From Azolla caroliniana (Eukaryota > Plantae > Polypodiophyta): a stretch of 64,000 nt of DNA. The stretch spans positions 20,956,001 through 21,020,000 of the forward strand of contig JBHGNT010000013.1 in the NCBI GenBank assembly GCA_043228905.1. The letters are read 5' to 3'. Below, one piece after another: positions 1 to 13,743 of this stretch. Numbering within the stretch: the stretch's first letter is position 1; the number at the start of each line of letters is the position of its first letter. The notes beneath the pieces are model-generated. The model did not search any database. It saw nothing but the letters and a program-made list of their open reading frames with translations, and had not been told where the DNA came from. Made by a program: the position numbers and the translations under genes.

Positions 1-1072
1 TCTTCAAAGGACTCCCATGTTGGGTTTTGTTGCGGCCCTATTTTGTGGATTCTCTCTTGTAACTCATCTGTGACTACTCGATTGAAGGATGTCACTTGCA
101 ATCCTTCTGGTATCCCACATTGCATCATCTCGGCCTTGTATTCGCATAGATAGCGTGACACATCCTTTCCATCGAATTGCCCGTTTCTTTGCACAAGCCG
201 CGCTACTACCGATTTCATCTCCGACATTGTGCGTTGCTCTTCTTGCATCCGCTTAATCATCATCATCATCATCATATTCATCGCTTCTTGTTGATTCTCC
301 ATCTCCTTACCACCCCTCTTCACGTCGGGTTCACCACTTGCGTCGTGCCTTTTGGCTCCGGATCGTTGCGTGAGTCGGGTGGGAACCGTTGAGGTTTTGG
401 ACTAGGAAGAGGAAGAATTTGAGACGATTCTAATTATGAATAGATTATTAGAAATTTGTGAATCCCACAAGTATAATGTATTTTATTGATTAATATTTAT
501 GTAAGAATATATATTTAGATTGATAGAGAAAGATATAGAAATCTCGTGAATCCCACGAGTATAGTTTATTAATTGGTGTTTTAGGAAATATATCCAATTT
601 CCCAAATATTTCATACACTTATTACATTGTGCTCCCCATCCTTATATGGTGATGAGAGAGTCTTCACAATCCATGCTTTTTTTTTCTAACTATAGACTCC
701 ATGCTTTTCCTATAGATAGACTATATGCTTTATCTAAAGTGATCATGATTTTTCTATCTTGTGCATTTTCTATCGACTATAGCGTTCATGCACGCTAGAT
801 GTACATGTGTAGCTTTTTCTTTTAGCATGCGTTTTTCTTTTAACTAAAGTTTATCCTACATGAACTTAGGTTTCTATGTGGGACATCTATTTTTTAATAA
901 TAATGAAATGCTAGTGTAATGGTAGGGTTTCACATTATTAACATGGAGGTGTAAGGTTCGAATCTTGCCCTATGCATTTATTATTTATTTTGACATTTTC
1001 TTCTATTTCTTCATATTTACTAAAAAGTTACTTTATAAGTTTTTCATGTAGTGTACAAAATACACTACGACA
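1..1072 (-). mobile_element. 5' part (gag start, PBS, 5' LTR ~341-1072) of a non-autonomous LTR element; duplicate of 52045-53116
   Basis: Same sequence as the gag/LTR of element 49561-53116; LTR ends ...CACTACGACA. Confidence 0.8.
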
Positions 1073-1826
1073 ACGTGGGGATATTAATAGCTACACATGT
1101 AGATGGCCATGACCTAGGGCACCAATTCTGCATTGGTAAAGTTTTGGACATGGTGATGCATTAAGTCTTTGTAATACATCTATCATTGACATTAGTGAGG
1201 TGGATATTATTGTGTATGACTTTACACTGACAAAAATTGGATGTTTAAGGACGACAACGATAGACATAATAAAAGAGATATTACCAAGTCTAGAAGATAT
1301 TTCAGATTGAAGGCGAACAAGATTTAGTGCACACAATTTGGCGACACCATTTGGTGAAGACAATGATTTAATTGGTACATTTGAAAATGAGGAGGAAGAG
1401 TCACGATTGTATATTAGCTATAGTAGGGATTCTCATGAAAGGAATGATGATAGTGATGCAAATAACTCCTAAATGTATTTTTTGTGCAACGATATGCAAC
1501 AAATTTAGACAACATTTTATCAAATGAAATAGAAAAGTTGATTGTTTTGAAATCTTTCTCTTATGATATCGTTAGTATTTAAAATACTACTAGTTGTAAT
1601 TTGTCCTTAAAAATACACAAAGTTACTTTTCGTATTTGGCCAAAATTTGACATTTTTCAATTTTCCAATTGGTGAAAATTTTAGCTTTTTCATCAAGTTT
1701 TCGAGAAATTGTGATACTGGTGTCAAGGTGTTTAGTAAAATGGCCAAAAAAGCCCCAAAATCAGATGGAATATTCCTTATCCTTCCATTTGTGCGCAATC
1801 CTTCCACTTGTGAACGTGAACATGTT
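1073..1826 (+). pseudogene. 3' remnant and terminus of a decayed Sola-like DNA transposon (duplicate of 53117-53870)
   Basis: Translates to DGHDLGHQFCIGKVLDMVMH and VDIIVYDFTLTKIGCLRTTTIDIIKEILP, matching the C-terminus of the 926-aa ORF; ~1776-1826 is the reverse complement of the terminus at 56660. Confidence 0.85.
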
Positions 1827-2279
1827 TTTTGCTTTATTACTCAGAAGTTTGTGTTATTACATGTTAGTTATTATGGTGAATAGGTAATTTATGGGAATAC
1901 TCAAAATTTTGAACTTTGGTTTCTAACGTAGTTTTGATTTGTTTTCCTTTCATATTCAATTTACATACGAGACAACCATATGAAACCATGTGCACAAAAC
2001 TATGGTTCCAAGCCCATGGTTTTGTGCATGTCACAAAGAAAAACTATGTGCATAGAAACGATGGCTCCAAACCCATGATTTTTTGCATGGACAAACCTAT
2101 AAAAACCCTAATACAGCTTGTGTAAAAGGGGGGGTCAATTTGGAGATCATCATCATCATCATCAATAATATATTATTCCTCTTGACATCTATCTTCTTCT
2201 CGAGTATAAAAATCTTTGTTCTTTTCAAATGTGATATTAGTTTCCTCGACTCGTACATACACATCATCGTCTTCTCAAC

Positions 2280-4203
2280 AAGTTCGCGAATGTCCTCCCT
2301 GGTCTGTGGCGTCGGTGGTCCCGCTCGCACAAAGCACGCACGCACCTGCATTTTCACAACAACGGAAGCCGATGATGTTTCCCGAGCTAGCAGGCTTCAC
2401 ATATTTGGGCCTTCCGGCCACTAAATTTTGGCAGTTCGAACACAACTTGTTTTGACTGCAAGTCCTGAAGCCTTTGATAATGTACCTGGTTGATCCGCTT
2501 ATGCCACAGGTCGATATCCGACTCGACCTTCTGATCTTTTCTGAACAAAGCGGCGCCGACATCATTGCTGTCGAGGGTAAACATCCTCCTGTCTCGGCGC
2601 CCTTGCGCGATGATCTGGCTTTCTTCCTCGATGAAGCACCCAAGGTGCGTAAACCGTACATGCATCCCTTGGGCGACAATCTATCCGATCGACACTAGAT
2701 TCTTCGTGATTGTCGAAACATGTAAAACATTCATCAACTTTCCCTTTTGATCGACATGACTCAAAGGGACCTCTCCGACATGCTCGATCGGGTGAGGAGT
2801 GTCATCTCCGGTTGTTTCGGTTCCTCCAAATATGAGAACCACTCTTCGTGGCTTGTCATATGGTTAGATGCTCCGGAGTCAACATACCACACTTCCTCCG
2901 ATGTGGAAGTGGTCATCTTCATCGAGTTCGTCTTATGTTTGATTACGAAGGCTGCCCTTTTCTGGTCTTTCTAGATCCTGATTTGTTTGAATCAGTGCGC
3001 TTCTTCCAACACTCGCTCTCTCGGTGTCCTTTCTTGCCACAATACCAACATTTTGTTTTGGTTTCCGATGCCGCCTTGACTCCCCCTACTCGTGGAGGGT
3101 CTCGCACTACTCTCGGCACTACTCTCGGCACTATCTCCATGCCTTTGATTCTACTCTTGTTGGCCGCCGCTATTGCGTGCCGAACCACCTCGTCCTCCAC
3201 GCCCATGGGTCGATCTGTCTCTGTGTACATCCGACTATCCAATTGAGTGGTCTTGGACCCACTCACGTGGTTTTCTTCAACCATCAACATTGATTGCTAG
3301 TCAATGAAGGATGGTGGCTTCTCCCGGGTGCAAATCATTGTCTGGATAGGCTCGTACCTCTGCGCTAGACCACTGAGGCAGATCTAGACCATCTCTTCTT
3401 CATCCACCGTTACATTGATGGAACCTAATGCGTCACAGATCTCCTTTATCTTAGTGGTATAATCCGTAACCGACATATCCCTTTGTCGGATGTTGTTGAG
3501 CTCTTGTCGGAGCTGCAACATATAGGCTGTGGTAGTGGCGGTGAAAATCGTTTTGGGATTTTCCCAGGCCTCCTTCGACGTTTTCACATCTCTGATGTAG
3601 CCAAGCATCTGGTCGTGCACACAGGACACGAGCCAGTATAGAAGTCTACTCGCTCCTTGATCCCATGACAAGAAGTCCTTGTGTGCCGACTCCAGCGCTA
3701 CTTCATTCGCTCCTTCGAAATAGATCTAGTAACCGTGTCCGAGCAGGTACTGGTGCATCTTGTGAGACCAAGATGCATAGTTGCCTCTGTCGAGCTTCTA
3801 CGTTTGAAGCGGGCTAGCCGTTCCTCTGTCCATCTTTCTTCAGGTTGTTCTTACCCGGAAGTTAGGTTTTCTTCTAGTTTTCTCAGGTATCGTGTCGGTA
3901 ACAGAGGATTTTCAACCCTTGCACTTTGATACCATGTAAATATTAGCGTGTGGAATCTAACAAACACAACCGCCTCTGTCGGATAGCAAGAGAAAATGGA
4001 ACTAAGGTTTAATGGAAACTTCACAGAACACAAAGAGAGTAGAACAACATAAAACTCTAATTTAAAAAATACTCCAAGAGTCTATACATATAAAGGACTG
4101 ATAGAAGTACTGACAAGTAGTTCAGTGCTCGTATAGAGCATCAGACACTAACTCCTCGGATAACTACATAATAGTCTAGGAGTGTAGACCTCCAATGGCC
4201 TAC
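2280..4203 (-). mobile_element. Decayed Ty1/Copia element: gag with zinc knuckle, protease region, GAG-pre-integrase, Met-tRNA PBS and 5' LTR (LTR resumes ~13555-13649)
   Basis: CWYCGKKGHRESEC knuckle; LWHKRI...CEAC pre-integrase motif; TGATACCA at ~3927 (PBS TGGTATCA on - strand); LTR from TGT at ~3935, split by a Gypsy insertion. Confidence 0.85.
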
Positions 4204-4868
4204 TGTTACCGATTAAGAACACTGTCTACGCTCAGTCCTTCGAGGTAGACCTCAAGGTGACCGTGTTAAAAGGAATAGAACCTTCGTACCGTAAATCGTA
4301 ATGGGATACTCCCTCGTATCCTAGTAGCGTATAAGGGAGACGTCTACAACTGAACTCTTTAGGAAGTGCGCTGGGATCCGCGCTTACACCTACACCCTTA
4401 CGATTAACAGTACGCAACAGAGAAACCAAGAATGCAACAGAGAAAGCCACAGATATGCACAGATATCCGAGAAGATAGTAATTTATTAGAAAAACGCTCT
4501 ATACTCCAAAATTACACACTACCTCTTACAGAGGATTTCTGCCCTTTATATACACAGGGTTTTTAGCCGTTCACGCTTCCCGCGTGAACCATTACATTTG
4601 TTTGTTGACGCTTTACTACATTATAATATTTTTGCGCTTCTGTCCGTCGGTTACGATTCCATTGGACAACACCTGGCACGCCTGTGGGACAGTGCCATGG
4701 CACATCAGACCCATCCCTCTATTCTTCCTCCAAAATATCCCGGATGTTTGGCTCCGCTCCTACGTACTGGTTCGAGGACGATGCAGTGCCCGTAGGAGCG
4801 TCATTGCTCAGTTGCCTATCTTGTACTTCCTCGGTCGTCATGGGGGTTTCCATGGCGTAAACTTCTCC

Positions 4869-7760
4869 CTACGTGGGCGGACCCAGCTCTGTTGGCTCAT
4901 TCCGTTCTACTATGGCTGGCTCTTCCGTCTGCGGGCTCTCGGTAGGTTGAGGCTCTGTCCTATCCGTAACTTCCTCAGTGTTGCCGACCGTAATTGTTAT
5001 CTCCAGTGAATTGGGCTGAGGTTCCTCCTGTTCAACGGTATCACTTTCTGGTATCACGATGGGCTCCGTTCTTAGTCGTGTGTTGCTTACCATAGTTGTC
5101 ATCTCCGGAGAATTGGGTTGAGGTTCCTGTTGTTCTACGGTTTCACTTTCTGGTATCGTGATGGGCTCCGCTCTTTGCCGCATGCTGCTTGCTTCCATGA
5201 TTCGGTGAAACATATCGTCCTGACTTTCGCTGAAATCGTCCAGAAGCTGCGCAAGTTCCTCGGAGTGTTGGTCCGCTAGCGTGCGATAATCCTGTGTTTG
5301 TTCCTCGCGTACTGCCGCAATGCCTTCCTCATTGAGCTTGTAGAAACCTCGGCCTTCTTTTCTACGGTTTTCCCAGTCCGCCCAGTAGGTATGCAACTCG
5401 CCGCTTGTGTTGCCCACGCCATCCAGCCTTTGTCTACCGTTGCTTGTAATTGCGCCGTAAACCTCTCCCGATTTGTTTGAAGAAGTATGCGCACGTTGTT
5501 CGTTATGACTTGGCAACGGTTGTGCGCTTCTTCCAGGGTTTTTTTGAGGTTTTCGATTTCATGCTTATTAACCACAACCGCTTCCTCATAATGGTTCTTC
5601 ATCCTTGCCCATATCTGGGATTCTTTCAAGTGTAATTCCTCCAGCTGGCCCATTTCATTGTTCAGGTGAACTTTGACCTGATGCCTCACCTCCTGCTCTC
5701 ATATGAGCTGCTTGTCGTACCACACTTTCTTCTTTTCCAATAACTCCTGGAGTCCTGTGATCGCGGCTTCCAACTTTTGGGCTTCCTCCTGTAGTTTGGT
5801 GTTTTCTTCTTTCATGCGGGTGTGCTTGCTACCTCCGCTTCGAGTGCCTTCATTGCCTTTCGGCCTTTGGCCCGTATGTCCTTTTCTTTGTCGGAGGATT
5901 GGCGGAGTTCGGAGCGGAGGCAGTCAATCTCGGACTTCGCAAGCTGTGTAGCCCTTTTTGCTTTAGCAGCGAAGGCCTGTTGTGCGGCTATCTCCTCTTG
6001 TAGGGTTATCGAGGGGTCCTCACCCGCTGTTGGTTCAGGATTTTGCGGTGCCCTAGTAACGCTCTGTTCGAGCTTTGTAAAGCGCTCTTGGCCCTTCTGT
6101 AATTGGGCTTGAGTCAACTTGGCTGTTTTCCACATGTTTTTATTCTTGCTAGCCATATCCTTGGCCCCCACACTCACTCTAGCCAATTCCCAATGTACCT
6201 CAACCAGGGCCGCATTCAGTGGAGGTAGTTCAATGCCCATATGTCAAATCCCCACATTCTGTTGCCTGCCTACCTTGGCTAGAGACCCTTCATCCTCACT
6301 TTCCGTTGTTTGTGTGAGCGCACACTCAATCATCTGTTGTTTTGCGTGCTCCTTCGCCATTCTTTGTGATACCTTAATTTGCTGTGTTGCCAAAAATTCC
6401 ATGAGTTTGTAAGTTGTTCCAAATTGTAGTAGTGCACTAAACTCATGGGTTGTATCCGGAATGTCCGGGTACTTTAGGACTTCGCTTTCCGCCGTGAGTA
6501 CACATTTCCCACGCTGCGACTGGGCCGTAATGATCGGCCGTGGTTCCCGGATTATTTTGAAAGTGGTGTTGGGCTCTGTAGTTGCGTAACTGTCAACCAA
6601 GGCGGACGTGTCTGCCAAAAATTCCATGAGTTCGTAAGTTGTTCCAAATTGTAGTAGCGCACTGGACTCATGGACTGTATCCGGAATGTCCAGGTACTTT
6701 AGGACTTCGCTTTCCGCCGTGAGTACACCTTTCCCACGCTGCGACTGGGCCGTAATGATCGTCCGTGGTTCCTGGATTATTTCGAAAGTGGTGTTGGGCT
6801 CCGTAGTTGCGTAACTGTCAACCAAGGTGGTCGTGTCTGCCAAAACATCCATGAGTTCGTAAGTTGTTCCAAATTGTAGTAGCGCACTGAACTCATGGGC
6901 TGTATTCGGAATGTCCTGGTACTTTAGGACTTTGCTTTTCGCCGTGAGTACACCTGTCCCACGCTGCGACTGGGCCGTAATGATCGGACGTGGTTCCCGG
7001 ATTATTTCGAAAGTGGTGTTGGGCTCCGTAGTTGTGTAACTATCGACCAAGGCGGTCGTGTCTGTTTCTGCGGTTTTGTCTATGTCCGCGGTTGTGTCTT
7101 TGACTAGTCTGCACCCATATTTCTGGTCTAGCCTACGCCGTTTTGGCCTCGGGCTTTCTTGGCGTTGTTCGACTTCTTGGTCATGTGGAGCTTCCTCCTT
7201 GCTTGCCAACCGTTCTCCTTGTGTTGTTTGCGTGCGGGGCTGGGAAGATTGTGGTTTACCATCCCATTCTGTGGTAGCCAACTCCGCTAACCTCCGTTTC
7301 TCGGAATGTGGTGGTGGCGTGGGTTTGCTGGGCTGTGGTGCGGGCAGAACTCGGGGTGGAAATAGTATCGTCAGATACTGTTGTATGATTGGCCTTAGCT
7401 TTTTGCCACCCTGATACACGTGCAGGCCTTCCTGTAAAGCTGGTCCCGTAATTACCCCCCAATCGACCACACGCCCTTCAAAGGTGTCAATGATAATGCC
7501 TGCCTTCAGCTTTGGCATCCCATAGGCATTTACGTGCAGGTGGCCTACCTCCAACAAGAACTTGGCTATTTCTCGAAAGAAGGGGTCGGGGATTTCCTTT
7601 GTCCTGTATGTTTTGGCGGACACCGAATATGCCCTGAAATATCCCTATAGGGTTTCCGCAGGAGGGATGTCGAAATGTTTCTCCCCAATCGATGATAAGT
7701 CAAGCTTCTTCTGGATGGTAGTGTTGGTGACTGTGCCTATGTTGAGCTTCCTGGCAATTT
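4869..7760 (-). pseudogene. Extra ORF downstream of pol in the Gypsy element (fragmented; coiled-coil-like and repeat-rich)
   Basis: ORFs 6244-7623 (459 aa), 5812-6240, 5276-5689 and 4869-5516 lie on the same strand as pol. Confidence 0.6.
6386..7062 (-). repeat. Three in-frame ~225-bp (75-aa) tandem repeats in the extra ORF
   Basis: DTTALVDSY.TTEPNTTF.II.EPR.IITAQSQRG..VLTA.S.VLKY.DIP...LLQFGTTY.LM occurs three times. Confidence 0.9.
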
Positions 7761-10700
7761 CAAGGGTTTAGGGTGAGCAAGTGCCTCGGTGACTTTGATT
7801 TATCCATCCAGTCTCTTTTTGAGAAGCCATATGCGCAAGGCGGCGGAAATAGTGATCGGCATCGTAGGTGGAGGAGATTCGTGGTTAGTGGATGATGTTT
7901 GCTGGCTATGGCGGGCGCGGGCTCTGTGGTAGGATGGGGAGTTGGGTGAGTGAGGAGAGCGACGAAAGAGAGGAGGGTTAAGGACTGAAGAATATTTTCT
8001 GCACCGTGCAGAAAACTTTTGCTTTCCTCTTTTTGTGGCCTAGGGTTCATTGGCCTGTGTGCCATCGTGGTGCCGCGTGTTCTTTCTCTAGTAGTTTGTG
8101 CATGCATCCAGTCCTTTTAATAACGTCACTATCTTCTTCTTCTTTTTCTAACAGTTAAATACAATATTACTGTTACACTATAATATAGGTGGGTCCCTTT
8201 AATTAATCTGCGGATTCTTCGGCCGTGTTGTTTACAGCGTGGAACGGGTTCGGTGGCACCGGTCCCTGGTAAGGTTTTAGTCGAAACCCATTCACCTTTT
8301 GTCGTAACACTTCCCCGGCCAGGGTGCCTAGTTGAAACGTGTCATTTTCCGCGCTAACGATCCAGTACGGCCCCGTCCAGCGGAATCTTAATTTGCCTGG
8401 CATTTGCCCCATCCATGTTTGAAAGACTAGGACCGCTTTGCCGACCACAAAATCTTTTTCACGTGCATTTCAATGCCGGTCCACGAATGCTTTACGCCGA
8501 CACTACTCTTGTTCCAATATGGCCATGCTTCGTAATCGTGTCTCGCCTAGTTCGAGCAGCTGTTGTAGCCATATTTGTTCGGATTTGTCTTCTAATAGCC
8601 AGTCTCGTACCTGAATCCACAGACTGGGTACTTGAAATTCGATTGGCATTACGGCCTCCAACCCAAATGCTAGCCGGAAAGGCATGGATTGTATGCTAGT
8701 CTTATAGTTGGTTTGGTACGCCCATAACACGCTGTGTAATTTGGTATGCCGGTCTGTTTTGTTCTCATTGATGATCTTTTTTAGTATCATTTGTAACGTT
8801 TTGTTCATGGACTCCGCTAAACCATTCGCCTGTGGATAATATGACGTGCTCTTCTTGTGGACAACGGCATAGTGTTGTGTCAGCTCCCGGATGGCCGAAT
8901 TCAGAAAGTGGCTTGCTTGGTCACTAATGAGCTCAATAGGGCAGCCAAAACGACACCAGATATGTTCGTAAAGAAATTTCTCCGTCACTGCCGCGAAATT
9001 TTCTCGTAGTGCCTTCGCTTCCACCCACTTAGTGCAATAATTAGTACCCACGAGTATATATTTATTGCTAGTCCGAGCTGCCGCTGGTGTAAATGGCCCC
9101 ACGAAATTGAGTCCCCATTTCCCCATTTCTGGAATGGATCCAATGGCAACACTGGTTGATGTGGCATCATTGCGACCTCTGTGGGCTGGCCTATCCGTTG
9201 ACACAGGGTGCATTGTTTGCAATATTCATACGCATCCTTTTGCGTAGTCGCCCACCATAGGCTGGCATGCCAGACTTTACGAGCCATAACATCGCCCGTG
9301 TAGTGTCCTCCTGCTGTACCACAGTGCGCTTCGCGTAAAACCGCTTCCTTCTCATCTGGGCGTATTCGGTGTCGCCAGATTCCTTCGCTGCCTTTGTGAT
9401 ACAGGACCCCTTCGACCAAACAAAAGTTACGACTTTGGACGGCCAATCGTTTCTTTTCGTCCGTTCTTAATTGTGGCGGTGGTAATCCAGTGGTAAGAAA
9501 GAATGTCATCTCCATTAACCAACGATCGGGAAAAGTTTTTTCTGTACATGTCACTATAGTTGTGATCTACATGATGTCTGCATCCGAAAAGTCGTCGTCC
9601 TCCTTTCGCACCATTTCTCCATTATCTATCTTGCTTAAGAAATCCGCTATAGTGTGTTGCGTACCCGGTCGATATTGTATAACAAAGTCGAACTCCTGGA
9701 GCAACAACATCCATCTAGCCAATTTTCGTGTTAGCGCTTGCTTCCCCACGAGGTATAGCAACGCCGTATGGTCCACGTGAAACGTAAATTTCCGCCCCAG
9801 TAGATAATGTCGGAATTGATTGATGTTGTATATCGTCCCCAATGCTTCTTGTTCCGTTGTGGAGTAGTTACGCTCCACCTTTGATAGCTTCCTACTGGCA
9901 TAATATACTGGTCTGTACCAAGTCAGCTCTATGAGTTGCATCAACACACTACCTTTTGTTATGTCTGAGGCGTCTACAAAAACGTGAAATGGTTTCCCCC
10001 AATCTGGTGATTGGTGCTTGAGTCAACATTATTTTAAGCGCATCGTATGCCTTTTCTTTAGTTGTCGTCCAGTTGAAAGGTGTACGGTGGACGGCGACAT
10101 GTAATGGCGTGGTGAAATCCGCTAGATATTGTAACATCCGACTATGCCAATGTATTTGTCCTAGAAAATGACTGAGTGCTTTGTCCAATACGCTGTCGGT
10201 GAAAGGTAAGGGGAACGCATTTGTAATAGTTACGGCGTTCAATTTTTAATAGTCTACGCAAACGCGGATTTTTCCATTTTTCTTCGGAACTACGACTATC
10301 GGGCTCAGCCACGTAGCTTGCTTGACTGGTCAAATGAATCTAGCCTTGAGAAGTTTGTCAATTTCTTCTTTTACACGAGTTGCGTAGTTCAGATTCATTC
10401 AGTATCGATGCTGCTGAATAGGTTTCACGTCGATAGCTAAATTGATCTTATGCTAGTAGAATTTTGGATCTAATCCCTTCATGTCTTCGTGGGACCACAC
10501 GAACACATCTTTATATTCCTTGAGCAAAGCTAACATCGCCTCTTTCTGATCTAGTAGTATGTCTTTCGCGATGGAGAGTAATCGGGGATTCGCTGTCGTT
10601 CCTACATTAACTTCTTCCAATGCTAAGGCAGTGACTCGTCGTGAAATTTCCATTTCTTTCTCGAATGCGACCCGTGCTCGGTTTAATTCCAGTATCGACT

Positions 10701-13700
10701 CTGGGTCCGGTTCATAAGCCTCTTTGTGAAGTGTAGTGGGAGTAGCGTACTCCGCCACAGTTTCTATTACGTCAATTTCGAATAGTGGGATGATTTGCGG
10801 GTGCTCATCCAGGTACGCTTCTACCTCTGTATCGTCCACTCCTTCCAGCATATTTATGTCTTCTGTGTACAATGGTGTCATTCCTTTCGGATGCCCCGTC
10901 ATTTCTTCTATGGGTACGCGAACTTTACTGCGTCCTCGTCGGAAACTGATACAATTATGTTGCCAGCTATGTTTGATGTTCGCCGAATGAAGCCAAGGTC
11001 TGCCAAGTAGTATTGGGTATGCTCCGGAGAGTCGAGTGTGAGTACTACCGCCGAGATGTCAAAGTGGTGACCGCCAATGACGATGCATAGTTTCTGGATT
11101 AACCCTAAGGGCCTAACAGATCGGGTATCCATCATGCGAAGCCGAAAGGGGCAAGCTTCCCATTCTGAAATTCCTAACTGTTTACACGTCTTTGCACTAA
11201 TCACATTAACACCCGAGCCCCCATCGATTATACAGCCTGTTATTTCCTTCCCGTGTAATACTAGCTTAATGGCTAGATTGTGGTGATCCACCACCGTTGG
11301 TCCGGGGCTAATTTTGGCAAAATTTACTGAGACATTTATACCAGGCCTACCTATTATGCAATATTCGACGACTTGCCGGAATCGTGGAACTTGTTGAAGG
11401 AGTTTTTCCATAGTTATGGTTATTTCGTAGCCTGCTAATGCTTGCCATATGGGGTCCAACGGCCCAACATTGGTTGCGGACTCCTGCCGCATACGCGTCG
11501 TATTTGCCGCGTTCGCTTTTTCTACCCATGCTTGGGCCGCTTTGCGTACCTCATCTTGTGCAGCCCAGTCAACATTCTTTGTTTGTTGTCATGTTGTAAC
11601 CTATTGAACTTCCGATGTAATCGTATTTACAGCTGGTCCTTTGCCCTTGCGCAATGGACGTTGAGTTGCGTAGTGTCTAGGCTCTTGCCAGGCAAAACAA
11701 TGGACGTTGGACTCTCCTTTCTCTGGAGCTGGTGGCAGATTCCTATCCCCAATGTCGTTGGCTCCTCCTGGTCTTGTTGCATTCTCCAGGAATTCCGGGC
11801 TATTTGCGGTTGGTTCCTGCGTGACTCTTGGCGTAGGTCATCCTCCGAACTTTGGTCATAATGCCATTGGTCCCTATACTGTCGATGCTTTCCTTGTGAG
11901 TGCGGCCCATTGAATCCACCACGCCTATTCATCGACAGTGGTTGTCGTAACGATGCCCTCCTTTATTATACTGGTGATTGCCCCAATATTCTTCGTCCTT
12001 CGGCTCCTCTTCGTCGGAATCGTTGCTATTCTGGCAATTGCGGTAGTTCTGGTCATCGCGTGGATTTCGATCAGTATATCAGGTTTGTTCCTCTTGGCGC
12101 CTTGGATCATTTCGGCGAGGTGGTCGCTGTGGTTCTACGCATCGTACTGTGGGCATAGGTCTGTTCAACATATTGTACTCACATTGCTCGACCGTGTGTG
12201 CCTTTGAGTGACAAATTGGGCGGTGAATTCGCATATTGCATTCTACAACGGAGTGCCTGGAATTGAGGCAAATCGTGCACTGAATAGCATGACAAAAGTG
12301 GCGTTCCTCGTCTTGAGGCAATGTCTGTCGTAATGAGGACAAAGAAAATCCTTCCTCCTCTTCGTCCAACTCAAGCTATAGTACTCGCTCGATGACCATG
12401 TCGGTTGTTTCCCCTTTCACACTACGTGTGTTGAGCGTCGTCTTGATAGGACGTCGTAGGGCTACCACAGACGTCTCCCTGGCCTCGTCATCTGTCAAGG
12501 CCCGTTCTAATTTTTGCCATAGATTTTGGAAGCATAAACTAAAGTCTGCGACCGATTCTGCTGGTAGCTGCTTGATCATGTAGAACTGCCCGATGATTTT
12601 GCGTTGAGGTACCCTCCGATGAAAAAATCGTAGAAATGCTGACAACAACTGGTTGAAGGTGTGGATCGCTGGTAGATCGATCTGTGAATGCCAAAACACG
12701 GCTGTACCATCCAGAGTTAAACCAAACTCTGTCATTTTTTACTAGTCCGCTTCCTCTTCTCGAAATCGCTGCTCCATGTGATTCGCGTTCCTAAAGTTCA
12801 GGAATAGCCGGATGTGGCTTGCACTGTCTGTTTCGCCATTAAAGCATGGTTAGGAGAAGGACATTCTGGATGCGATGGTGGGCAGGGAAAGATCACAGTA
12901 CTCGTGTGGTGATAGAACTTCTTGCTTGACGTCGCGATGTTGGGTGAGCGGGGAGTCGACTTTGTGGTTCGGACAGATATTACTGAGGTGAGGTTTTTGC
13001 CTTGCGCACTCCTCTGTCTGGCGTGTGATGGACCTCGTGAGTGGTTGGACTTGTCGGGTCGTTTCTCTGGGTCGCCTATGGCTAGACATCCATCCCTTGT
13101 TGTTCATCTGTGAGAAATCACAGATCACCAGGCGTGCCAAACGTGTTACTGATTAGGAACATTGTCTACGTTCAGTCCTTCGAGGTAGACCTCAAGGTGA
13201 CCATGTTACAAGAAATAGAACCTTCGTACCATAAATCGTAATGGGATACTCCCTTGTATCCAAGTAGCGGATAAGGGAGACGACTACAACCGAACTCCTT
13301 AGGAAGCGCCTACACCCTTACGATTAACAGTACGCAAAAGAGAAACCAAGAACGCAATCGAGAAAGCCACGAGAAAATAGTATTCTATTAGAAAAAATCT
13401 CTATACTCCAAAATTGCACGCTACCTCTTACAGAGGGTTTTTAGCCGTTCACGCTAACCGTGTGAACCATTACATTTGTTTCTTAACGCTTTACTACATT
13501 ATAATATTTCTGCGCTTCTGTCCGTCGGTTACGATTCCGGTGGACAACACCTACCGGTTCCCACTTGGGTCTGGCTCTTGGTTCCGCATATCGATCCAAC
13601 TTTGGCTTATTCATCCGATCCTGATCTGGTTGAGCTTGTCCGCTCAACAGTAAGCATGGTGTTATCAATAGGGTATGCGATGTGTATGAACCCTTGATGA

Positions 13701-13743
13701 AGACTTTGCAATTGCAAAGTGATGCATGAAATGTATTCTTAAG

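Larger units (their letters stand above)
1..4615. repeat. Near-identical segmental duplication, copy 1 (copy 2 = 52045-56659, offset 52044)
   Basis: ORF track repeats at +52044 (e.g. 1091/53135, 4232/56276); only a handful of substitutions seen by eye (e.g. near 179, 433, 959, 2568, 3539, 4607). Confidence 0.97.
4204..13549 (-). mobile_element. Full-length decayed Ty3/Gypsy non-chromovirus (Athila/Tat-like) element; LTRs 4204-4671 and 13144-13549; TSD CCTAC
   Basis: TGT...ACA LTR pair; CCTAC at 4199-4203 and 13550-13554; - strand fragments of gag, protease (IIDGGSGVN), RT, RNase H (YASRKLS..ERNYSTTEQE), integrase (PQANGLAE) and GPY motif. Confidence 0.93.
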
